Assembly (NCBI GenBank): GCA_029555025.1
Contig: JAKPTZ010000004.1
Coordinates: 3,373-67,372 of the forward strand
Reading direction: 5' to 3'
Source: Deltaproteobacteria bacterium
GTDB lineage: Bacteria; Myxococcota_A; UBA9042; DTJE01
DNA: 64,000 nucleotides
The notes below the pieces were generated by a model. The model searched no databases, was not told where the DNA came from, and saw nothing but the letters and a program-made list of their open reading frames with translations. This document shows, piece by piece, positions 57,336 to 64,000 of the stretch (position 1 is the first letter of the stretch; each line of letters opens with the position of its first letter). A program made the position numbers and the translations under genes.

Positions 57336-57887
57336 TCAATCCTTCTCCCCGGGCTTAACCGGATTCACGTCATCGCCGTCAATGTCGTTCTTGCCGATGT
57401 CGCTGTTTGCGCCCATCTGCTTCGTGTCGAGAATCTCGGACTTGACCAGGATCCACTTGCGGTTGCGAACCTTCCAGTGTTCGCGGTACTGCTTCTTTTC
57501 AATCGTGATCGAGTTGTCCCGGCGAACGCTAGCCTTGACCACTGCAATGGCCTCCTCCTCGCCCGTCTTGCGCCCGGGAAGATAGCGCACCGACATCAGT
57601 GTGAAATCTTCCCACAGATAGACGTTACGTTCCGGGTCGTGCCGGGATAGAAAATCGTCGATGTGATCGCGATCGACGTATGCGGCGGCTCGCTGAATCT
57701 CGCCCGATGTCAGGTGGATGTGGTAGTAGCTCAAGGTCTGATCAAGGCGATCGACGGTGCTCATCTGCTGCCCGCAGCCGCCCATTCCGGCCAGCGCCGC
57801 CAGCGAGACCGCGGCGAGGCAGATGACCACAAGAACCCTCGCCACCGGCGTCAACCATCGTGGGGCACTGTTCCGACCGCGGTTCAT
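57336..57887 (-). CDS. Hypothetical lipoprotein (possible NTF2-like fold)
   Basis: Hydrophobic N-terminus + GGC; ends in EHWKVRNRKWIL beta-hairpin pattern. Confidence 0.6.
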   Translation of the reverse strand: MNRGRNSAPRWLTPVARVLVVICLAAVSLAALAGMGGCGQQMSTVDRLDQTLSYYHIHLTSGEIQRAAAYVDRDHIDDFLSRHDPERNVYLWEDFTLMSVRYLPGRKTGEEEAIAVVKASVRRDNSITIEKKQYREHWKVRNRKWILVKSEILDTKQMGANSDIGKNDIDGDDVNPVKPGEKD

Positions 57888-58057
57888 TCGATTTCTCCAG
57901 TCCGTCAACCAGACGGGCGAAAGATTAACATCCCGGCGGGTCTGATGCAAAGCCGCTTGCACGCGCCCATTCACCTTGAATCACAGGAACATCCGTGTTT
58001 GTACTTGAAAACAGCCGGCGGGGAACCAATAATTCAGCCCGACGGAGGTGGTCATCG

Positions 58058-58465
58058 ATGAAAATTGCTGTCGCCACATCGAACGGCAACATACTTGCTT
58101 CCGGCGAGCCCTCTACCGCCCGCGGCTTCGTAATCTACGAGGTGGCCTTCGGCACGGCCCGCCGCGTCGAGTTCCGCCCCAACCGGCGCGGACACCGCAG
58201 CGCAGTGTCCGACGTTCGAGCCCGCGACATCGGGCATACGCTGTCCGACTGCGCCATGATCCTTGCCGGCGCGGTCAGCGCGCACACCCGGGACTACCTT
58301 GAGAATACCGGCATCGAAGTCGTCATAACGGACGAAACCATTGTGGACAGGGCCGCGGCCCTTCTTGCGCTTAACCAGCTTCCCGACCAGTCCAGGGTCG
58401 ATCCCGAAGACCTTGAAATCAGGCAGGGCGAACCTGTCGTGTTCGAGGATGGATTCGATGCCTGA
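58058..58465 (+). CDS. NifB/NifX (FeMo-cofactor-binding) family domain protein
   Basis: MKIAVAT, F.IYEV, LSDCAMILAG, L...GIEV; GGAGG RBS. Confidence 0.75.
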   Translation: MKIAVATSNGNILASGEPSTARGFVIYEVAFGTARRVEFRPNRRGHRSAVSDVRARDIGHTLSDCAMILAGAVSAHTRDYLENTGIEVVITDETIVDRAAALLALNQLPDQSRVDPEDLEIRQGEPVVFEDGFDA

Positions 58466-59216
58466 TCCGGCTGTCGATCTTTCGGGTGTTCATGTCCGGT
58501 TCAACGATCGCACCATCCTTCAGGACTGCAATTTAAGACTCGGGGCCGGCCTGATTCACGGCATTGTCGGCTCCGGCGGCTCCGGCCGTTCGACCCTGCT
58601 TAAGGTTATCGGCACCGTCATTCCGGCGGACGCCGGGCGAGTAACCATCCTTGGGCACGACATTGATCAGTGTGGCGGGGATGTCCTGGCGTCGATCCGA
58701 TCCCGGATTGGTTTCCAATTCCAGAATCTTGCTCTCTTCGACTCATTCGACGTGATTGACAACGTCTTGTTCGCCGTGACCGGCGGTGATCCCGACGGGG
58801 CCGAAGTCGCCGACCGGGAGCGCGCCGTTGAACTGTTGGATTCCGTCGGGCTTGGCGACTTTCTGCATCGGCATGCCGGGCAGTTGTCCGGCGGCATGCA
58901 GCGCCGGCTTGCCATTGCCCGAGCCTTCGCGCCGCGCCAGGCCATGCTCCACATCTTCGATGATCCGGTCGCCGGCCTCGACCCGGTGACATCTTCGAGA
59001 ATCCTCGGATTGATTGCGTCTCGCTGCAGATCCGGCACTGGCACGACCGCCGTCATCTCCACCCATGAGATAGACGCTCTTTTGGCGATATGCGACCTTG
59101 TTCATGTTATACATCAGGGGTCGATCATCTTTTCGGGTACCCCGGCGCAGGCAGTCGGCAATCGACAGGAAGTGGTGGCCCGCCTTTTCCGGGATCCGGT
59201 TCTTCATCGCGGCTGA
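58458..59216 (+). CDS. mlaF: MlaF-like ABC ATPase 1 (degenerate Walker A/B)
   Basis: GSGGSGRST, FQNLALFDS, LSGGMQRR, IFDDPVAGLDP, STHE. Confidence 0.82.
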   Translation: MPDPAVDLSGVHVRFNDRTILQDCNLRLGAGLIHGIVGSGGSGRSTLLKVIGTVIPADAGRVTILGHDIDQCGGDVLASIRSRIGFQFQNLALFDSFDVIDNVLFAVTGGDPDGAEVADRERAVELLDSVGLGDFLHRHAGQLSGGMQRRLAIARAFAPRQAMLHIFDDPVAGLDPVTSSRILGLIASRCRSGTGTTAVISTHEIDALLAICDLVHVIHQGSIIFSGTPAQAVGNRQEVVARLFRDPVLHRG

Positions 59217-59230
59217 ATTTGGGCTGGGGA

Positions 59231-59989
59231 ATGGGATTGACCAGCAATGCGGCAACAACGGTTCTTGAAACGACCGGCGCGATGGCCGTTACTTCGTGGA
59301 CGGCGTTGACCGCGCTTGTCCGTGGGCGTGCCGGTCGTCGCCAGGCTCTTCGCCAGATTGCAATCGTGAGTGTCGATTCCCTTCCGGTACTTGTCCTGAT
59401 TTCACTTCTTTCCGGCTTCGTGATGGTGCTTGAATCGGCAAGTTACGTCGAATCGCTCGGGGCGTTCAGTCTGATGGGATGGGCCTTCGGGCTGGTCACC
59501 CTCTCGCAGTTGGGCCCTGTCCTGGTGGCCCTGATGTTCGCAGCGCGCGCCGGTGCGCGAACGACGGCGGAACTGGGCGCCATGGCCGTTACCGGCCAAC
59601 TCGACGCGTTGCGACTGCTCGGGATCGATCCGGTCGGGTACCTCGCGGCCCCAAGGTTCCTGGCGATGATTGTTATGCTTCCCCTGATGACGGCGCTCTG
59701 CGACGCGATTGCGATCGGGGCGGGTGCCGTCGGGGCGGCGGTGGTCGTCGGTCTTGGCCCCGCGCTCTTCCTCCAGTCGATTGCTCAGGGCGGGCTGATG
59801 GATGAGTTCCTTCTGGGGATCGCCCGCACCTTTCTTTTTGGCGGGGCGATCGCCGCGGTTTCCTGCACATTCGGCTTCCGGGTTCGCGGCGGGGCCGCCG
59901 GCGCGGGCCGGGCGGTCAACGACTGCGTTGTGGTGTCGGCACTTGCCGTGTTTGTGATTGACCTGATTTTTACTATTGCCGTGCTTTAA
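59231..59989 (+). CDS. mlaE: MlaE family permease 1
   Basis: LGPVLVALMFAAR.GA..TAELGAM.VT.QLDAL, PRF, G.GRA. Confidence 0.88.
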   Translation: MGLTSNAATTVLETTGAMAVTSWTALTALVRGRAGRRQALRQIAIVSVDSLPVLVLISLLSGFVMVLESASYVESLGAFSLMGWAFGLVTLSQLGPVLVALMFAARAGARTTAELGAMAVTGQLDALRLLGIDPVGYLAAPRFLAMIVMLPLMTALCDAIAIGAGAVGAAVVVGLGPALFLQSIAQGGLMDEFLLGIARTFLFGGAIAAVSCTFGFRVRGGAAGAGRAVNDCVVVSALAVFVIDLIFTIAVL

Positions 59990-59996
59990 GGGAAAC

Positions 59997-60731
59997 GTGA
60001 ATCGACGCGTGAACGAAATCGGGCTGTTGATTCAGGCCATCGTCGCGATGACGCGCCGTCCGCCGCCGCTTCGTCGCATTGTCCGCGAGGTGTTTTCCTG
60101 CGGCAATCGTTCGATCGTGTTCGTGTGCGTGACCATGGCCTTCTTCGGGATGATTCTTGTCTATGAAGGGTGCATGCAGGCACTGGCGTTGATTCCGGAT
60201 CTTTCATCCGCCGGCCCGGCGACCATCCGTTCAACAATCCGCGTTTTCGGCCCGCTGATGGCCGGCCTGATGGTTTCATTCCGCGTCGGGGCCGGTATCG
60301 CCGCCGAGGCCGGAACAATGGTGGTAACCGAACAGGACGGGGCGCTGCTGGTTTCCGGGTCGAGCCCGGCTGAATGGCTTGTGGCGCCGCGCCTTGTCGC
60401 GTGCATCATCGCCGTTCCCGCGCTGACGGTGGTCGGCTGTCTCGCCGGAATCCTGGCCGGCGGCGCCCTTGGGGTGGGCTGGTTCGGGATTCACCCATCG
60501 GATTTTTTCAGCCTCTCGATGGTGGATCGCGGCGACGCCGCCGTATGCGCGGCCAAGTCGCTGTTGAACGGCATGGCCATTCCCGTGTTTGCCGCCGCCG
60601 CCGGGCTGAACACCCGCGGCGGTTCGGAAGGTGTCGGCGTGGCGGCGACAAGCGCCGTTGTTCGATCCTGCGTGGCTGTCGCCGTGATTGAATTCCTGGT
60701 TTCGACGGTCGCCCGGGTCGCCGGGGCATAA
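59997..60731 (+). CDS. mlaE: MlaE family permease 2
   Basis: GPLMAGL, RVGAGIAAE.GTMVVTEQ, PRL, GGSEGVG.A. Confidence 0.86.
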   Translation: MNRRVNEIGLLIQAIVAMTRRPPPLRRIVREVFSCGNRSIVFVCVTMAFFGMILVYEGCMQALALIPDLSSAGPATIRSTIRVFGPLMAGLMVSFRVGAGIAAEAGTMVVTEQDGALLVSGSSPAEWLVAPRLVACIIAVPALTVVGCLAGILAGGALGVGWFGIHPSDFFSLSMVDRGDAAVCAAKSLLNGMAIPVFAAAAGLNTRGGSEGVGVAATSAVVRSCVAVAVIEFLVSTVARVAGA

Positions 60732-60822
60732 GGCCGCTGGGTCTTGTTCGGATGGCGCGTTTGTCACGGATCCGGTGGATGATGCCGAGTTCCCCACCGG
60801 TTCCTGTGTTACGGAGATACTG

Positions 60823-61620
60823 ATGGCAGCCAGCGACGCGGAAGCAATCGCAATCGACATCCAGGATGTCGGGCGTTCGTTCGGTTCCCAACGGGTTCTT
60901 GATCGGGTATCCACGCGTTTCATGACCGGGCGCGCCACTTTCGTGGTCGGTCCCAGCGGTTGTGGGAAGTCCCTTCTGATGAAGATGCTCGTCGGGCTCG
61001 AGACACCCGATTCCGGAAGAATCCTGGTCTTCGGCAAGCATGTCGCGACCATGAATGCCGCCGAACTGAACGGCCTTCGCCGAAGGGTGGCCTTCGTTCC
61101 GCAGCACCCGGCTCTTTTCGACTCGTTGACCGTCGGCGCCAATATCGCCCTGCCCCTGGTTTTCCACCGGATCCAGGACGAGGCCGCGGCCCGCTCGACG
61201 GCCGTTCGTCTTCTGTCACTGTTCAACCTTGCCGACCGCGCCGACCTGTTGCCTGGCCAGATCAACCAGTCGGACAGGAAGATTGTCTCCATTCTTCGCT
61301 CGATGGCATGCGGGCCCGAATGCCTGGTGCTTGACGAGCCCACCACCGGCCTTGATTCTCCGTCAAGAGACGCCGTGTTCTCGATGATCCGGGAAATCGG
61401 CATGGTCGATTCCGGCATCGAAACCCTGATAGTTGTTTCACACGACATGCAATCAACCATGGCGATTGCCGACCGCATTGTCTTTCTGTATAAGGGTGTG
61501 GTTCGGCACGACACGTCCCCGGCCGGCTTCCTGACGGCGACGGCGACGGATCCGATCGCGGCCCAATTCCTTGCCGGGGCCGCGGATGGACCGATGAACA
61601 CAGAGGCTGACGAAGCATGA
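60823..61620 (+). CDS. mlaF: MlaF-like ABC ATPase 2 (degenerate signature motif)
   Basis: GPSGCGKS, PALFDS, INQSDRK in place of LSGGQ, LDEPTTGLD, SHD. Confidence 0.85.
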   Translation: MAASDAEAIAIDIQDVGRSFGSQRVLDRVSTRFMTGRATFVVGPSGCGKSLLMKMLVGLETPDSGRILVFGKHVATMNAAELNGLRRRVAFVPQHPALFDSLTVGANIALPLVFHRIQDEAAARSTAVRLLSLFNLADRADLLPGQINQSDRKIVSILRSMACGPECLVLDEPTTGLDSPSRDAVFSMIREIGMVDSGIETLIVVSHDMQSTMAIADRIVFLYKGVVRHDTSPAGFLTATATDPIAAQFLAGAADGPMNTEADEA

Positions 61621-62606
61621 ACGAACGAACCAGGATGGAAATCAAGGTCGGGGCACTGGTTCTGGTCTCGGTCGCCGCCATCCTTGGATTCGTGGCGGTT
61701 CTGGGGAACTTCAGCTTCGGGCCAAGACAGGAATTCTTCGTCGATTTCGATCACTCCGGCGGCCTGAAGAAAGGCGCGCCAGTTCTTCTTGCCGGCGTCA
61801 ACATCGGCCAGGTCGAGTCCATCACGCTTCACCGCAATGAACTCGGCGTGCCCGAAAGCATCGGGCGCCCCAGGGTTCGCGTTTCGGCATCGGTTCCGTC
61901 GGATCAATTCGCGGCTATTCCATCTGACGTTTTCGCATCCATTTCGGCCCGCAGCGTGCTTGGCGAGAAGCATCTGGAACTGACGCCGGGCAACGGCGCC
62001 GTGCCGCCGCTGAAGGCCGGAACGGTTCTCCAGGGACGTCCGCCCGCCGGCATCGAGAAGGCCGGGGACGACGCGGTTTCGCTGATTCGTCGCCTTGAGA
62101 GGTTCATGGACGAAAACGAGGGAAAGCTTTCGGGCGCAATCGTCCAGGTTAACGACCTCGCTACGGGCTTGAACGCCTTTCTCAAGCTCAACGGCCCGAA
62201 GCTCGATGAGGCTGTCGAGAACCTGCGCCTTGCTTCTGCGGGACTTGCCCGGGAGGCAGGTCCCGGTGGGCGGGTCTCCAGCCTGATGATAACAGCCGAC
62301 CGCGTTGTGAAGCGGATCGATGCCGCAACCGCCGGCACCGAGAAGTCGGTTCCGGAACTCATCGCGGACGTTTCCAGGCTCTCGGCCAGGGCGGATCATC
62401 TTCTTGCAGGGATGGATCGGCTCGTCACAGAGATGACCGGACCGACAGTCGGCGCTGTCAGGAACCTCAACGACATCAGCGAGACGATAAGCCAGGGCAA
62501 GGGAACCATCGGAAAGCTTGTTCTGGATCAGACGCTGTATGACGACGTTTCGGCGTTCGTAAAGGAAATTAAGGCCAAGCCATGGAAGCTGCTGTGGAAG
62601 AAATGA
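61617..62606 (+). CDS. mlaD: MlaD/MCE domain protein with long helical extension
   Basis: EIKVG + TM, GLKKGAPVLLAGVNIGQV, LGEKHLELTPG, GTIGKLV.D..LY, PWKLL. Confidence 0.9.
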   Translation: MNERTRMEIKVGALVLVSVAAILGFVAVLGNFSFGPRQEFFVDFDHSGGLKKGAPVLLAGVNIGQVESITLHRNELGVPESIGRPRVRVSASVPSDQFAAIPSDVFASISARSVLGEKHLELTPGNGAVPPLKAGTVLQGRPPAGIEKAGDDAVSLIRRLERFMDENEGKLSGAIVQVNDLATGLNAFLKLNGPKLDEAVENLRLASAGLAREAGPGGRVSSLMITADRVVKRIDAATAGTEKSVPELIADVSRLSARADHLLAGMDRLVTEMTGPTVGAVRNLNDISETISQGKGTIGKLVLDQTLYDDVSAFVKEIKAKPWKLLWKK

Positions 62607-63358
62607 CGCGTCGGCGACTTGCGGCCGCATGCCTGACGGCGGCAATCCTTGTCGCCTCGCAGTTTCCGCAGATTTCCCCCGTCGTGGCCCAGGAAGCTGG
62701 CGGTGCCACCGGCCAGGCTGCGTTTACCCCACAGCAGGCCGCGGCTATCCTGTCCGCGGGCGACAAGGCATTTCGAACCGGCCGGGTGGGAGATGCGCTA
62801 AGGACATTCACGACCATATTCACGGTGTTTCCCACCTGGTGGATCGCCGGAGCCAAGGTCGCCGTGGCATCCGCGCAGTCCGGCCAGACCCCCGACGAAG
62901 TCGTTGCCGCGTTGAAAGCTCTTGTTCCAATGGGACCTACCGGGCCGTGGGTGCCGATGCTTGCCGTCATGGCCGCCGCATCCAGGCTTGCACAGGAAGA
63001 TGTTGAATTCATCAAGCACATGTCTCGTCAGATGCTGGCCGAGCCTCCCGAAGACGAGGCATATCTGATGCGAACCAGGGACGCCGACCTGCGCAGTCGC
63101 TATGCACTCGCACGGGGACTGGCTCTCGAGGCCGCCGGCCAGCCTGGAATGGCCGTCGCCGAGTACCGTGCCCTTTCCGAATCACGGCCTGGCGCGATTG
63201 CGCCGAGAGTCCGTCTTGCAGTCCTTCTTTCAGCGGTCGGGAGGCATGCCGACGCCGACGCGATACTGGCGCCAATCGAGCCTGTCAGCCTTATGTCATC
63301 TCGAATCCGCATGCTTCGGCAGCAGATCCGGGCCACAATCTCCCCGGATCCGCGCTGA
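62603..63358 (+). CDS. Exported TPR-like protein, last gene of the mla operon
   Basis: ATGA overlap with mlaD; signal peptide; TPR-like YALARGLALE...RLAVLL. Confidence 0.65.
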   Translation: MTRRRLAAACLTAAILVASQFPQISPVVAQEAGGATGQAAFTPQQAAAILSAGDKAFRTGRVGDALRTFTTIFTVFPTWWIAGAKVAVASAQSGQTPDEVVAALKALVPMGPTGPWVPMLAVMAAASRLAQEDVEFIKHMSRQMLAEPPEDEAYLMRTRDADLRSRYALARGLALEAAGQPGMAVAEYRALSESRPGAIAPRVRLAVLLSAVGRHADADAILAPIEPVSLMSSRIRMLRQQIRATISPDPR

Positions 63359-63404
63359 ATGTGATCTTTTCTGCCGAATTTTTGTCCGTTTCGATTTTTT
63401 TTGA

Positions 63405-63433
63405 TTGACCTTATTCCAAGGTCTTTGCATTAT
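63405..63433 (+). promoter_or_regulatory. Candidate sigma70 promoter
   Basis: TTGACC-17 nt-CATTAT preceded by a T-rich tract. Confidence 0.45.
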
Positions 63434-63552
63434 ACGGACGGCCTGAATGTTCATGCATTGCCGTTGAACAGGCTGCGATTGTCCGGCACCGCTTAAGATC
63501 GCGGATTTGCTGGAAATCGTATGAATCGGAACACGTTTGCGGGGACAGTGTC

Positions 63553-64000
63553 ATGATAGTTGGACTCATTATCGCACTGGTCGGAGCGCTCGGCGGTCTC
63601 ATCGGCTCACTGGTTCTGCCCTGGGTCGATACGGACGCCGTCAAGTTCGCTGATCCATCGGCCTACGCCGGTTACGCGTGGCCAACTGGTGTGGTCGCGA
63701 TAATTCTTCTGGGCGCGGCGGTCGTGCTTGTCGGACTCAGCTTCGCCATGGAGCGCAAGAGGAAGCTGTTCGCCATCATTAATATGTTCGTGGCGCTCGG
63801 CGTTCTCGTGTTCTCCTTCCTGACCCCGTTCTCGATCCGCACGGCCATCAACGAAATGATCCTTGCGGGCACCATTCCCGAGGCCACCCGGCTTGCGATG
63901 TTCTATGGCTATCACGCCATATTCTTCGGCAACGTCGTGCTGGCATTCGGTTGCGCGTTCCTGCTTGGACAGGCCGGCTCCTACAGGACCGACGACAAGC
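63553..64000 (+). CDS. Membrane protein, truncated by the window end
   Basis: Not in the ORF track because no stop falls in the window; reads MIVGLIIALVGALGGLIGSLVLPW... with about 4 hydrophobic segments, open to the end. Confidence 0.7.
   Translation, partial: MIVGLIIALVGALGGLIGSLVLPWVDTDAVKFADPSAYAGYAWPTGVVAIILLGAAVVLVGLSFAMERKRKLFAIINMFVALGVLVFSFLTPFSIRTAINEMILAGTIPEATRLAMFYGYHAIFFGNVVLAFGCAFLLGQAGSYRTDDK

Noticed and set aside
58058-58465. Evidence for nitrogen fixation
   Set aside because: NifB/NifX-type domains are common in non-diazotrophic anaerobes and there are no other nif genes.
60276-62645. 789-aa minus-strand ORF
   Set aside because: Antisense to mlaE2, mlaF2 and mlaD, which have clear motifs.

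Overview
Chromosomal window of roughly 60% GC from a Myxococcota-like (deltaproteobacterial) bacterium. The assignment rests on a MYXO-CTERM sorting tail, Cys-rich surface repeats, a CarD/CdnL gene and paired MlaE/MlaF genes. It holds about 47 CDS and one tRNA-Pro(GGG). Housekeeping genes include an EF-G2 paralog, serC, mnmA, radC, gmk, gltX, ndk, glpD, cdsA, purF, carD and bamD. There are many exported peptidases or peptidase-like proteins (S1, M16, M2/M3, HExxH, transglutaminase-like). No integrase, transposase, phage gene or CRISPR array was seen. Most notable: (1) a CpxRA-like two-component pair with a His/Cys-rich sensor, divergent from a Spy/CpxP protein with a metallothionein-like tail and near a P1B-ATPase; (2) an Mla/Mce ABC operon whose two ATPases carry complementary degenerate motifs, predicting one dead and one active ATP site; (3) a ~1570-aa protein ending in a lipase-type alpha/beta-hydrolase; (4) two HxsC-like radical SAM proteins with unusual fused domains; (5) a GTAC-led REP family with covarying stems; (6) a lipoprotein gene split by one in-frame TAG. 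All calls come from reading motifs by eye. No database searches were run, and several start codons are refined estimates.
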